Assembly (NCBI GenBank): GCA_951406725.2
Contig: OX597822.1
Location: 47,678,001 to 47,742,000 of the forward strand
Direction: 5' to 3'
DNA from: Octopus vulgaris
Lineage: Eukaryota
Length of the DNA: 64,000 bases
Under the pieces are notes generated by a model. That model made no database searches, was not told the origin of the DNA, and saw only the letters and a program-made list of their open reading frames with translations. Below are positions 23,528-37,361 of this stretch, piece after piece. How positions within the stretch are numbered: position 1 is the stretch's first letter; every line of letters starts with the position of its first letter. The translations under genes were made by a program, and so were the position numbers.

Positions 23528-23922
23528 TCTTTATTCTTGTCTTTGTTTCAGTAGTTTGACTGCGGCATGCTGGAGCACCACATTAAAGGGGTCTTTTTCT
23601 AGTCGAAAAAATCGACCCCACGACTTATTCTTTGTACGCCTGGTACTTTTTCCATTGATCTCTTTTGCCGAACTACTATGTTACGGGGACATAAACACAT
23701 CGACATCGGTTGTCAAGTGATGGTGAGGGACAAAGACACACACACATTCACATATATACACATATACGACGGGCTTCTTTCAGTTTCTATTTACCAAATC
23801 CACTCGCAAGGCTTTGGTCGGCCTGAGGCTATAGTTGAAGACTCTTGCCGAAGTTGCCACGCAGAATGACTGAACCTGGAACTATGTGAATGGGAAGCAA
23901 GCTTCTTACCACATAACCACGC
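23528..23922 (-). mobile_element. SINE family A
   Basis: Near full length. Other minus-strand copies or fragments: 24510-24700, 31410-31700, 32285-32665, 39990-40350, 43480-43690, 46580-46750, 52010-52325, 53130-53460 and 61475-61760. Confidence 0.88.
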
Positions 23923-23974
23923 CTATATATATTTATATTGTTGCCTATTAGTCAATTCTAATACCAACAGTGAT

Positions 23975-24036
<62 letters not shown>

Positions 24037-25349
24037 ACACATTATTTAGAGTAAGCATAAGACATTAATAAAGCAACATGTCAACAAAAGGCTTTTATCA
24101 TTACGAGATGTATAAAAATACGTATTTCAGCAACGGAAGCAGTATTAGTTCAAAATAGCGTTCTGTATATCTTACACAACGTGGATATACAATAAAATTA
24201 CTTTTGGTAGCATTTTGTTAGCAACAATATTTTGTTAAGAACAGTAGCGAAATATTTCTTCCATAGCTTATTCAGTGATTTTTAGCTGTGTACGTTCCTT
24301 CAGGTGACAAAAAATCATGAGCGGTCTCATAAAGAAACATCACAGATAGCAAGAAACTCATGAGTCGTCAACAACAATGTGAATCATCAGTTTGGAACAA
24401 ATAAAAAAAAACTCTATGACATGTGTAGGCTCCATGGAGTGATCACAATGCTGTTTAAATTATCTTTGCCCTCTTTGTGCATCTAAACATAGTTCTGTTT
24501 TTATACGTCTTTTATCTTTTACTTGCTTCAGTCATTGGACTGCGACCATGCTGGGCAACTGCCTTGAAGGGTTTAGTCGAACAAAGTGATCCCATGGTTT
24601 ATTTTTTCCTCAGGTTTGGCGCTTATTTTATCAGTTTCATTTACCGAACCGTTATGCTACGGGGATGTAAACAAACCAGCATCAGTTGTCAAACAGTGGG
24701 AACGGGGAATACAAAATACAAAATACAAAAAAAAAAAATAAAACAGTAACACATGCGCGCGCACGCAATTCTTTTTCTTTTTGGGACTTTAAATTTCGAA
24801 GCAGACAAAGCTATAAATGATAGCGTATACTGGGTTAAAAAGACCCTTTGGGATAGATAGAAAAAAGTCAAAGGTTACCCGTCGATGTCGCCATCGAGTA
24901 ATTTCCTTCTACATCTCTGTCTATTTATCTGTCTGTCTGTCTGTCCCTCACGTCCATGAACAACAGTAATACGGCTATAAATAGCCACTTCCATCTTTAC
25001 CACCACTATCATCATCATCATCACCATCATTTCTATATTCTGAACTGTCAACTAACCTCTCACACACTACCATCATCGTCTCTCCGCAACACATGAAACC
25101 ACTCAGAAGCGCCTGCCTCTTTTCCAGCCACTCATGCCACCACGATCATCACTGCCGCTGTTGCGACAACCACTTAAAGACTTCTTCCACTTAGGCACGT
25201 CACTATATTATTGTTATGCTCACACTTACACACGAACGTTCTGTTGTTGCTGTAACACATATAAAATATATATAAAATGTGATCGGCAACCATTACAACA
25301 GTGCCGCCACCAGCACCACTGTCACCACGCTGTGATGTGATGTGATGTG

Positions 25350-25389
<40 letters not shown>

Positions 25390-25484
25390 GCGTGTGTGTG
25401 TTTTACTGTGAATGCAACTAGTTGCAGCTGTAGTAGTATTGCCGTAGCTCCTGCTGCCATTGTCGCTGCTGCTGTTGCCGTTCA

Positions 25485-25519
<35 letters not shown>

Positions 25520-25566
25520 CATTCAGTTGGGTCGGTAAGTGTATTCATTCCATCTGTGTGTGTGTG

Positions 25567-25603
<37 letters not shown>

Positions 25604-25658
25604 GTATGTATGTATGTATGTATGTATGTATGTATGTACCTATGTATATATCTATTTA

Positions 25659-25692
<34 letters not shown>

Positions 25693-26006
25693 GTATGCAT
25701 CCTTCTTCTTCTGTAAGTTGTGACCTTTTCAGTCGTCCAAATTAATTTGGACACTGTAAACTGCTGTTCGCGCCTGTGCCCGCCCCCTCGTTACTGGCAT
25801 CAACACTGATATGTTACACCCCTCCCCTAACTCTCATCAGGCTGGGAGCCAATGAAGGGCTTTGCTAGAAATAGCAGACAAATCCCCTCAGATCACACCT
25901 CTACATTGGTCAATGTTATCTTAAATAACATGAAAAGATGGTGCGATTTCGGATGGAATCATAGTTTTACTACAATTGAGCGCTGACCGGAGAGTCAAGC
26001 TCTCTT

Positions 26007-26061
26007 CCTCCTCCTCCTCCTCCTCCTCCTCCGCCTCCTCCTCCTCCTCCTCCTCCTCCTC

Positions 26062-26107
<46 letters not shown>

Positions 26108-26110
26108 CAC
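26007..26110. repeat. Compound (CCT)n(ACT)n(CCA)n microsatellite
   Basis: Seen directly. Confidence 0.95.
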
Positions 26111-27317
26111 CGCAATTGCTGCTGATAGACATTGAAGAAGCTTTTTGTGATCAGTCGTAGAAATAGCAACCAAATCTCCCTCGAATCACACCTTACGTAT
26201 TGTCTTGAAGGAAGCATTGTATAATGTGGTCACATACGTACATACATACATACATACATGTATGTGTGTGTGTATGTGGACATACACGTCATGAAAGAAA
26301 AGGAGACAGGATGGTCATGGTTGGAATATCATTTGATTATGTCAAGCCTTATCAGGATTTATCTTAGAGTGCTGGTACTACTGCTGCTGCAATCGCATCT
26401 ACCACTTTTGTAGTCCCACCACAAATATCTCATGTTCTAAGTTAGAAAATATGACCAACAGCCAGAAACATTATAGTAGCCCTAAGCAAATAAGGGAGTC
26501 TGTTTACGTGTGTGCTCGGCCTGTTAGAAATAGGTGCCATTTCTCCCTCGATTTACACTGTACTATTAGAAGGTGTAGTCCTACATATGTATAGAAGGTA
26601 TGCTCGTGGTTGGACTACTTTTTATCATAAGTCTTGCTCAATCAGGGTTGGTCTGGGGTTAAACAACAGCCATCGCAAATCCGTGCCATCGAGTGAAGCT
26701 CTTGTGTATCATTCTCAGTTGAGTCTTGCACGTAATTTCTTTTTGATATCAAATATTGCTGAAATGCCCTGTTCCCAACAATATGTGGGCGGGAATAATA
26801 GCCTTTTGCTAATTGGTTGTGATTATTTCAAAGTTCCAGTAATTTTACACTACTTGCGTACCTCTGTTCAATGTGCTTGTTGTTATTGTATAAACCCAGG
26901 TTAGCTCTGATCGGACAAATCTATGGCTCATTAAAAATACTATTGAACGACTAGCCCTGATCAATGAATACACCACACTTCTACCTCCAGTCATAGCTTA
27001 CCATTGGATGATGCAGCTGAGATGCGCCATGTCAGAATATAAAATTGTATAGTTAGAACTATAGTTAGAAGTTATAGGGAGAGATGTGAGTTGTGGTGTT
27101 TTTGCAGTTTTCAAGGATAATAGAGTATTACCAGAAATTAAACCTTGATCTTTGAATAGATTTGCAAGCAGTTTTCTACAAACACTGCAGTGCTTGCCGT
27201 TCCACCATTTACATTTCTGATCACTATGTAATATAGAGTTGATTAGTAAAGCGTTGTTAATTTGATGTTTCCCAAAATATGTTGATTAATTCAAATTACG
27301 CCTCCTTTTGATGACAA

Positions 27318-27370
<53 letters not shown>

Positions 27371-27372
<2 letters not shown>

Positions 27373-27909
27373 GACAGTGGATCTCATGGCTTCTGATCTT
27401 AACTGATTGGAAATGTTATCATGTACATTGTTTTGTCTTGGTATAAAAGATGGGCTACAACAAATATTCTGCTCAATACCACAGATTTGCTTGTCAGTTG
27501 TTTGACCGTAACCAGTTGAGCATGTCCCTTGGTGGCTGACGATATGTGCATCTCTGACCACGAGCAGAAGTAGTGGGGGAGCATCATAGCCGTTTGTTGC
27601 GAGGGATTCTTGAAGGTTTGGATAATTCACCTTTGGAAACATGGGTGTTTCGTTCAACGTCCTTAAACAATCCTTATTCAGGGACCTTTTGAGCGGGATG
27701 AGCTACTCGACCAGGAGAAAATTCTAACTGGGCCCCACCTGCAAGGTCATGCGCTGTTTATCTTGATATGAGATCACCATGTCGCGCACACAAGTTTGTG
27801 ATGCATGTACCTGGTGTACTCATATCAGACGGGTAGTCACGATGAGTATACTGGGCTTCGTGTATTTTACCCCAATGTCACTTTGATTGCATGTACTGCT
27901 CTCTCGCTC
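27371..27909 (+). mobile_element. ~540-bp interspersed repeat embedded in (AAT)n
   Basis: (AAT)n on both sides. Colinear with 62190-62742 on the opposite strand. Confidence 0.85.
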
Positions 27910-27952
<43 letters not shown>

Positions 27953-29017
27953 GAATTAATCTGGTCAAAATCGCAAAGACGAAGGCTCGGAGTTTCTGTT
28001 GATTAAGTATAGAATACAGTACGTCTTTCGGGTGCATCCGTTATTGTAGATCTTAGAATGAGTGGAGGTTGTTTTTCGCGATTGGCTGGCGTGTTAACTT
28101 TGACGAATGCTTACGGAAAAATATCCAATCTATCAAGGGTTAGGGTTAGGGTTGATTGATGAGGTAAACTAAGATAGAATAGGTACGAGAATGAGGTCGA
28201 TTTGTTCGACTAAATCAGTCAACGTAGTGCTCAAGCATGGCCGTAGTTCTGTAACTGAAGCAAATAAAACACAATTGATGTATAATGCCGTGTGGAGTGA
28301 GTCTGATTTTTAAGCCTCTTTAGTTTCGTATTCAATGTTATTTATGTATTGATATATTTATTAAAATTAACGTCGCTCAAAACCCACCACGGATCTTTTG
28401 TTTTTAATGTTCCCATAAATTGATTAAACTGCATATATAATAAATGTTTTATGAAATCCTTACTGATTATTACTTTATATTGGATTCAGAATATTTAATT
28501 TCCCCCTAATATATGTATTATTTTCTCTTTTTTTTTTTTATACCTAATTTCCTATATAACTCTTATTGTATGATGGCAAAGTCTACCCTAAAATGGACAA
28601 CTCATTTCCTAGAATTCTGTGATACAATATTAACAGGAAGCAAAGAAGCTTGACTGTAAAAGAACAGTGGAAATTAAATGGTTGCTTTTATGTCCCCTAA
28701 TTTATTTAGTGATCTATTCAGGTTTTCGTACGACTCCGGAATGGCGTTCGCGAAACACGTGCACTCACAGATACATTGGTTTTTCTCTCTGACACACGCC
28801 CTGAACTTGCCACTCACACACTCATACTCGATGAAGAGACGAAACGGTAGTGTGGTGTTCAATTGTGTGATTTTACGGTCTGAGTTCAAGTCGTACCAAA
28901 GTCGACTTCACCTCTCAACCTTCTGGGGTTGATAAAATAAGTGCCAGTTAATTACTGAGGTCGATCTAATTAGCTACTCCCTTACTCGGTATTTTGAACT
29001 TTTTACCCATGTAAGAA

Positions 29018-29020
<3 letters not shown>

Positions 29021-29086
<66 letters not shown>

Positions 29087-29097
29087 ATCTATATATA

Positions 29098-29161
<64 letters not shown>
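29021..29161. repeat. (TA)n microsatellite
   Basis: Seen directly. Confidence 0.98.
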
Positions 29162-29164
<3 letters not shown>

Positions 29165-29340
29165 CAAAATAAGCAACAGGTAATGCAGTACGATCGTTTC
29201 ATGCGACCCCATTTAATGTAATTGTTGCTTATTTTGATTATAATCACCTTATTTTAAATTATGTATATAATACCATACTAAATTCTGGTGCCTTCAACTT
29301 AAGTACCATATTCATCTGAATCTAAATTTTACTGAACTTA
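29159..29340. mobile_element. TA-embedded inverted-repeat fragment with HHR 3' half (Penelope-like inverted pLTR remnant)
   Basis: 20-bp IR TATAATCAAAATAAGCAACA (29159-29178) / TGTTGCTTATTTTGATTATA (29223-29242). The minus strand between the arms reads GAA AC-GATC-GT A CTGC. Confidence 0.55.
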
Positions 29341-29581
29341 TATATATGTGTGTGTATACACACACACACACACACACGCACACACACATACACACACACA
29401 TAAAGTGTGTGTGTGTGTGTGTGTGCACGCGCGTGTGAATATATGTATAATATATGTATACATGTGCATGCATATGTGTGTTATTATTTTTAGTGGAACC
29501 TGAATACGAGAAAGGTAAAAGGGGCAGATGAAGGAGGTAAATGCGTAAGATGAAGGAGGTAAATGCGTAGAGAGATAGAGA

Positions 29582-29624
<43 letters not shown>

Positions 29625-30251
29625 GTAATCTGATTCAGATAACAAGATACGAGACAAATTAAATAGTACAATGCAAGACAGTTAAGTTAGACTTCTGTCT
29701 TGTAGTAATCGACGATCCTTCGATATTGGTCTATAGAGTGTCAGTATGAGGAGACATCATTCACTCTCTCTTTGTCTATGCCATGAGGAAGGTTGTGTGA
29801 GTGAATGACGTCGTGTTCCATTATCGAAGGATTGCCTAATAATCAAATTAACCTCACCGTCCCTTAAGAATATTTGGTGGGGGTTACATTGAAATGACCG
29901 GAAGATATTTCAATATATCTAGGGCTGAACTAAGGCTATGCAGATTTTTATTTGCAACAAGTTTCACTATGGAAGGAAATCGAAGATATAATTGAAATCT
30001 TTAATATACTGACAACACAATCTTAATTATGTATGGAACGAAATCGGAGATATAATTGAAATTTATAACAAGGAATTATTGTGAAGATCTATAAATTTAT
30101 GCATTACAATTGAAATAAGAACATCAATTAATAAAACCGTGGAATTTCTACGGATCTCGCTGTTAAAGTATTACTTCAAAAATGGAAAGCCCTAATGATG
30201 AATTTCTATCGTCTTTCCTCTGCGCCTCTATGGCAGCTACGCATTTTTTTT

Positions 30252-30329
<78 letters not shown>

Positions 30330-31577
30330 GTGTTAGAGTAAAGAGGTAAATAACGGAATAAAAGAATTTACTGAACAAAAGCAACCGAACAGACGACGTC
30401 TATGTGTTGTTTCAAGCACACTTCACGTCTGAACATGTTTCCAGGCTATGATTGTTCTCAGCTCAGATCTCGTTCCCTCATCAGTATGACATTTATAGCT
30501 GAAACTTCACCAGCAAAACCAGTGTGTGTGTGTATGTATGTGTGTGTTCATGTATGTAATTTGTGTCTATACGCATTTGTCGGGTGTTGTAAGTGTTGCG
30601 TTTGAGTGTGCGAGTGTGTTTGTGTATCAGTGTTAGTGCGTGCATATGTGCATGTATGTATATGTATGTATGTCTCTATATGTATATACATATATATGTC
30701 TCTACGAGTGTGTGTGTGTGCGTGCGCGGGTGAGTTTATACGCTCACGTCTGCGTGCGTACCTATGTATTCATACACGCTTGTGCATGTGCGCATTTGTG
30801 CGTCGCTCAGATTTGTTTATTTTTATGGCTGATTTTGCTTGGCAGAAACGGTTAACTCCTTCTGTTCACAAGGTTTTCTTTCTAATCCAAATTGTACCAA
30901 CCATGATCGGAACTAGACGTAGGGAATTACCTGTGAATTGTTCAATGCGTAGCGCAAAGCAAATGTCGAAACTGAGTGTCGGGTGAAGCGATGTTGCTAA
31001 CAATATCTTGGAATGAACCATACATCAGGAATGGTGGAGGGGAGTGGCAGTTTCGTTTGAATCGATTGCAAAACTAGTTTTGAAAGATGAAAAACAAAGC
31101 TAAGCTCAGCGGGAATTGAATGCCGTATGGAAACATGTTCAGACATAACGTTCATGGCTGTGCGATTAAAGAAGTTCATTTCACAACTCCGTGATCTCGA
31201 ATCCAGTTCTAGTGCACGATTCTTTGGTTGATCGAAGCATGAATGAAATAGTAGGTGTGATTTTGTGAATGCTCCACAGAGGGGCCGTTACTGTTTTAGA
31301 GTGTTGGGCTTAATCCATTGACCAGCTTAATACCACCACTTGGCCCGTTAGGGTTTTTTAGTGAAGCCCACTTTCCTGGAAGTATTCAGACCAGGTCTCT
31401 TGGTTTAGTCTTTTATTCTTTTACTTGTTTCAGTCATTTGCCTGCGGCCATGCTGGAGCACCGCCTTGAAGAATTTTAGTCGAACGAATCAACCCCCGTA
31501 CTTATTCTATCGGTCTCTTTTGCAAAACCACTAAGTTACGGGGACTTAACCACACCGACTTGGTGGTATGAGACAAA

Positions 31578-31612
<35 letters not shown>

Positions 31613-31787
31613 GACGGGCTTCTTCTGAGGCTGTTGTGAAAGACATTTGCCCTAGGGACTGAACTCGAAACTTCTTACCACACAGCCACGCATGCGCCTG
31701 GTTGAGTGTAACTTCCTTTCTTCTTCCCATCAATCTCAGAGCTCCTAAAACAGGTTATGGCCCTTACCCTTTCTCTTCTAACCTTAG

Positions 31788-31848
<61 letters not shown>

Positions 31849-31930
31849 CACACATATACACATACACGTCCTATATCAATTGAAGCTATTTAACTTGGCG
31901 CTCTACTCTTTCTGTCAGTCTATTACTTAT

Positions 31931-32102
31931 AAGGCGGTGAGTTGGCAGAATTGTATTTACGTTCTGAGTTCAAATTCCGCCGAGGTCGACTTTGTTTTTC
32001 ATCCTTTCAGGGTCGGTAAATTAAATACCAGTTACGTACTGGGGTCGATCTAATCGACTGGCCCCTCCCCCCAAATTTCGGGCTTTGTGCCTAAAGTAGA
32101 AA
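31931..32102 (+). mobile_element. SINE family B (internally deleted head)
   Basis: AAGGCGGTGAGTTGGCAGAA...GAGTTCAAATTCCGCCGAGGTCGAC... Other B copies or fragments: 2590-2700, 17040-17180, 28850-28985, 32820-32980(-), 48430-48590(-), 50925-51070, 51690-51900, 53680-53880(-), 59670-59800, 60170-60300(-) and 62015-62170(-). Confidence 0.85.
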
Positions 32103-33613
32103 AAAAAGGGCTACAACTAAATCCTTAAATCCTTTAAAATGTTTTAGCCCGAAGGCCGCGGCCATGCTGGGGCACCACCGCTATTGACAATAATAAAGGT
32201 TCCTAATATAGGTACGGAGCCACCAACTTTAATACTTTACTGGTACTTAATTCCAGCGTTTCCATAAGAATGAGTTTTCTTTTATTTTTTGCTTGTCTCA
32301 GTCATTAGACTACGGCCATGCTGGGACATCGCTTTGACGGGTTTTAGTGAAACAAATTGACCCCAATACTTTTTTTAAAAAGCTAGGTACGTATTCTTTC
32401 AGTCGCTTTTGCTAAACTGCTTGGTTATGGGGACGTAAACAAACCAACAGCAGTTGTCAAGGTGCGGGTAGGGGGCATAGTCATAAAGACATACTCACAC
32501 GCATACACATATCCAGCAGGCTTCCACGCAGTTTCCGTGTACCAGACTCTCACTCACAATGTGTTGGTCGACCCAGGATTATAGAAGACATTTGCCCAAG
32601 GTGCTGCACTGTGGAACTGACCCGAAACCATGTGATTACAAAGCGAGATTCTTAACCACACAGCCTTGAACTTAAAACTTTTAAGGGTCGTAACGAAACA
32701 CGTGAAAGCATTTTATTTGCTACTCTATCGCTTTTAAATAATAATCGTTTCTGAAATAAGTAGAACCCTCTCCGCCCCCACAAATTTATGGAAGCGACAG
32801 AGATGAGACTTAGTCGATTTGAATCGGTTGTAATACTTAAATGCCTCTTCATTTTCTCGACACCGGAAGGATGAAAGCCAGAGTTGAACTCGACAGGATG
32901 TGAACTCAGAACGTCAAGAGCCGAAACAAAATACCGCAAGGCATTATTTTTCCGACACTCAAACGATTCGGCCAATAATAGAAGGCTCATAAAATAGATT
33001 ATTTATCTGTTGCAGCAGGCAATATAGCAAATGATAAAGAATAAATGGAGAGGAAAGCTATTCCTTGAGGGATTGGAATATTTTATTGTTAGAGACTGTA
33101 GACAATTGAAGCAGTTGGCAGCGAGAAAATGTTGCCAACAATGATTCTGGATGGTAGCCAAAAGACGCTTGGTAATGCTTTTTTTATTTAGATTTTAATT
33201 CTGTTACACACACGATGTGTGTGTGTGTGTGTGTGTGTGTGGTGGATGGATGGATGGCTGTTGGTTATGTCGGACGATTGAGATAGGAGTGCTTAACACA
33301 CGTTGTAGATGATATGGGATTTATATATATACGTATATATAATTGAAACTGAAACTGAAAGTTTTTTTTCTCACGACCGAGTTTCACACCCGAAAATCAC
33401 AGTGGTGTAAAATTCAAGTTGCATGACAAACTCTCGTTTCTGTGTTGTCTTGTTGTGCTTTGCTGTGATTATGCAGGTTTTTCGGTAATTTCTGATCCTC
33501 AGTGTAGTTAGCTGTTAGAGCTAGATGTAATTTTATCCATACAATGAGTAAGAAATTATAGTCTTGCATGGCCAGTGTGTCGTTTTAAGTCAGCCATGAA
33601 GAGTATATACATG

Positions 33614-33802
33614 CAGTAATCCCTCGCCATATCGCGATTCACCTATCGCGCACTCAGTACATCGCGGATTTTTCTGGCTAATATATGTAAATTTATATCG
33701 TGGGTTTCTGCGGCCGATGGGTATTTATATTTTTTTTTAGATTTTAATTATTTCTGTGTAAGATTTCGGTACGTAACACCTGCGATAGTCGATGGGTTAC
33801 TG
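33614..33802. mobile_element. Tc1/mariner-pogo (Tigger-like) MITE
   Basis: CAGTAATCCCTCG...TATCGCG start and GCGATAGTCGATGGGTTACTG-TA end, with a TA-type flank. Confidence 0.75.
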
Positions 33803-33924
33803 TATACGAAAATTCTACCGGAAGCAATGTAAACGTGTTCGTAATTGTTTTTTCTTTTTTCATAACTGACACTGGTCATTCAAATTGCATTTGCTGGTAA
33901 TGTAACTCTTCCTCTATACAAATA

Positions 33925-34290
33925 TACTACTCACCATAATCTCCATGACAAGTGGGGCATTTGCGCTATCGTTGAACCCAAGTCGACAGCCCTCTTTGCA
34001 AAATTCAACTGTGTACTTGTATCGATTTCTTCACAACAATTTCACCCACTTCTGTGTCAACAAGTCGTTGTCCCCCCAAACTGTCCTTCTTTTGACCGAA
34101 CAGGTAGAAGTCGAAGAGAGCCAGCGTACAGTGGACGAGGACCAGCCTAAAGTGCCGATGTCCGATATGCCCGATATGTTGTCAAAGATGATTGTGGTAC
34201 TCAACCCAAACGCACAGTGCAACTAGTATATTTAGGCCGGTGTAATAGACTTGCTGTGGAGTTGCCCCGGTGTGTAAATGCTTCTTCAGA
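33925..34290 (-). pseudogene. Heavily decayed mariner transposase C-terminus
   Basis: Minus strand reads LGW...LFDFYLFGQKKDSLGGQR...CKEG..VQR*RKCPTCHGDYGE*, matching the mariner SDFHLFGPLKDALRGRRF...QRWRKCI..GDYVE pattern. Confidence 0.75.
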
Positions 34291-34389
34291 CAAATCAAAC
34301 ATGTTCTCTCATACACGCGTATAGAACACAAACATATTTTCTTTATTCACTTGAGCACTGAAAGATCAGTAAATTTAGAAGGAAAACAT

Positions 34390-34449
<60 letters not shown>

Positions 34450-34802
34450 CGAAACTAAAGGTAGTAAGGTTACGAGACGTTTTGGTGCCGACATTTTAAA
34501 GTTTATCTCCCCCTTGCTCTCTCTTTGTTTATATGTGTGAGCATCTAGTTCTGTTTATATACATGTATAATCTCTCCCTCTCCCTCCACTGTCTTTTTCC
34601 CACTCTGTCTTTCTGCGCGCTCGTGTAAGTTTACCTTTCGATCCACAACGCACTGTCACCAAAACATTTTGAATGTTCACTCAGCCGTGCCAAATCGTCA
34701 GCGTTCAAATAGTTGTCTTATCTCGCGCGAGTAACACTAGTAATTTATCTAGTAATTTACAAATAAAAATTAGTTACTAAATAAAGATTTTTTTCAATAT
34801 AG

Positions 34803-35172
34803 CAGGCGTAGCTCTGTGGTATGTAGTTTGTTTCCAAACCACATGGTTCCGGGTTCAGTCCAACTGCATGCGCCTTCAGCAGGTTTCTTCTACGACAGTC
34901 ATGGGCCTATCAAAGACTTAGAAGTGGATTTGGTTGACGAAAATTGAAAGCAGCCCGTCGTATATATATATGACCGCGTGTGTATCGTTGGCAATTTTTT
35001 TCCTCCGTCTTCCCTTCCTTGGATCTTTCCTTTTTCTATGTTTCTGACGAAGAGCTCCGCTCGAAACGTTAAATCCTCCTTCTTTCTTTCCTTTTCTGAG
35101 CATCCAATAACACTATACTTGTTCCACGTCCTCACGTTGTTGTGTTTTCTCTTTGCGTTTTCATGTTTGGAT

Positions 35173-35211
<39 letters not shown>

Positions 35212-35456
35212 ATGTGTGTGTGTGTGTGCGCGCGCGCGCGCGTTTCTGTATCTGCTTGACCTCCGCCATCGCTTGACAACCGATGTTGGTGTGTTTATAT
35301 CTCCGTAACGTAGCGGTTCGGCCAAGGAGAGCGATAGAATAAGTACTCGGCTTAAAAAAAAAGTACTGTGGTTGATTCATTCGATTAAAAACTCTTGAAG
35401 GCGGTGCTCCAGCACGGGCACAGTCAAATGACTGAAACGAGTAAAAGATAAGAGAT
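34803..35456 (+). mobile_element. SINE family A carrying a nested HHR element in its internal (TA)n
   Basis: Head 34803-34960, insert 34972-35177, tail 35250-35456. Confidence 0.85.
35040..35074 (+). ncRNA. Minimal type I hammerhead ribozyme (Penelope-type)
   Basis: GTTT [CTGACGA] A GAGC-tcc-GCTC [GAA] ACGT [T] AAAT: canonical core, an extra A after A9, and a loopless palindromic stem III (AACGTT). Confidence 0.7.
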
Positions 35457-36048
35457 AGACTAAAAGATCGAAAACCAATCCAATGCTATGTTCAGCGCAC
35501 AAGAATAAGACACCAAATTCATCGAAATGTGTGAATGAAGGTCGGTATTAAAATCTCTTACCTCTAAACATGAGGCTAATAGCCTGAAACATTTACAATT
35601 CTATGAACTTTGTAGTTGTTGTTAAGCTTTAGAGTGGTCCCGATCGTGCAGGTATGTGTTCAAGGGTGTTCCAATCGCGACTGCCGCTCCTTATTAGCTG
35701 TATCTAGAATGACATATCATAATGTGTCCTTTCTTTAACACAGCAGAGTGAGATATGACGATTTGGCTGCTACTTCAAGCAGATAGATCGATTATACTGA
35801 GACTTCCCGTAGGCAAGTACTTGGGAATTTCAGAGACAAATTTAGCTTGTTCTTCTCCACGCCTCTCATCTCATCTTCCTGACTCATATAAATAAACATA
35901 TAAATATTTATAATGTTCTTTTAAATTTATTTGTAAAAATCTCCAGCACATACAGTCACACACATGTGTGGAGAGTTAAAGAGGTAGTCTCTATGTTGTA
36001 ATTAGAAACAGCAATCAAATCTCCCTCATCGTGTTTCTAGAAAGGAAC

Positions 36049-36162
36049 TCTTTCGGTATTAGTAGACGACGTCATTCACCGTCTCTTTCAGCCTAGCTTC
36101 TTTATTCATGTCACGGGAAAACGTCGTGTGGGTGAATGGCGTCATCTACTAATAGCGAAAGA
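36049..36162. mobile_element. Small MITE/hairpin with ~32-bp inverted arms, nested in a family E copy
   Basis: TCTTTCGGTATTAGTAGACGACGTCATTCACC / GGTGAATGGCGTCATCTACTAATAGCGAAAGA. Confidence 0.75.
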
Positions 36163-36924
36163 CCACCCCTGGAAATAAAATTTAGGGTTGGTTACGGTTG
36201 GAAGGTCTTTGATCATAGGTTTAATTAATCTAGGCCGTTTCGGAACAAAACTACTAATGTGTTGGCTGTTTCTGTTACATATATAGTTAGTGTTCTATCA
36301 TTCAATTAAGCACAGTAAAATCACGAAAGCACAATTGCAGATAATGCCAAGAAAAATCTTTTTGAATCGTTTTCATAATAATAATAATAATAATAATAAT
36401 GGTATTTGTTTATTTGTTGATTGGCACTTTTGTGTGCAGATTTGTTAGTTTTCTCATGTGATTTCAGATACATTCCGGTGCGTTTAATTCATTCAATTGT
36501 TCGGTGTTACTTAGATTGTTCTAGAAAACAACAGCCGAAATGGAGTGCGGCAAAGCGTGTCTGTTAGTAAATATAAAACTATAGAACTTTGCACTGGCTG
36601 GCTGGCTGGCCGTTCGGTTACTTCGTTTCGATGTTCCCCTTGTGTTGTGTTGTGTGTGTGTGTGTGCGTGCGTGCACGTGCATGTTTATGATATTGCACC
36701 TGAATTGAGAAGCGCCTGAACGGTTCGATGCGTGCGTTGGTGGGGGATAAATAAATAATATGGGGAATATGTAGGCCGCGTGTGGGAGTAAAGGAGAGAG
36801 AAATGAGATTCTATTCGGGGGTGGTTGGAGTGAAAATCAATCATGTTGTTTCAGGTCAAGTCTGGCGGCTCATTGATGAGTTTCTTTTCAGGTTACGTAG
36901 CCTTCCCCACCACGTTATCACGCA

Positions 36925-36991
<67 letters not shown>

Positions 36992-37361
36992 ACACAGAAA
37001 GATGTTGAACAGGAAGTTCATTGCTTAGCCTTATCGAGATCAGCGGTATCTGCTGGTGTGTGATCTACGAAAGAAGTGGGGTAAAAACGAATTGTGACGT
37101 TCATGTCTTCTCAAAGAGCATTACCGCCGTAACTGGAATAACTTCAACCGAGAATCGAACTAGGATCGTGGAATGAGATTGTTCGCCATTTGATGATAAA
37201 TCTCTCATGAAAATGCTATGCTACTTAGGGGTGGGTAGAAATTGGGGTTTATATCTTGTCACTTGTCTTTGTGGTCGGACTGTAAATGAAGTACCACATC
37301 AGCAGCAATGCCGAGTTCAGGAATGACCTTAGATTGGATTAGTGCTCTAAACTCGTTAGAC

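Noticed and set aside
24350-24370. GAAACTCATGAGTC, resembling stem III plus GUC
   Set aside because: No upstream CUGANGA core.
29968-30065. ~64-bp-period direct repeat, plus a 22-bp duplication at 29526-29569
   Set aside because: Ordinary local tandem duplications with no further structure.
30425-30492. CTGATGA...GAAACATGTT on the minus strand
   Set aside because: No convincing stem II or stem I pairing.
33929-34226. Apparent host exon with a GTGAGT donor and a 93-aa plus-strand ORF
   Set aside because: Better explained as a decayed mariner C-terminus on the minus strand; the apparent donor overlaps its final codons.
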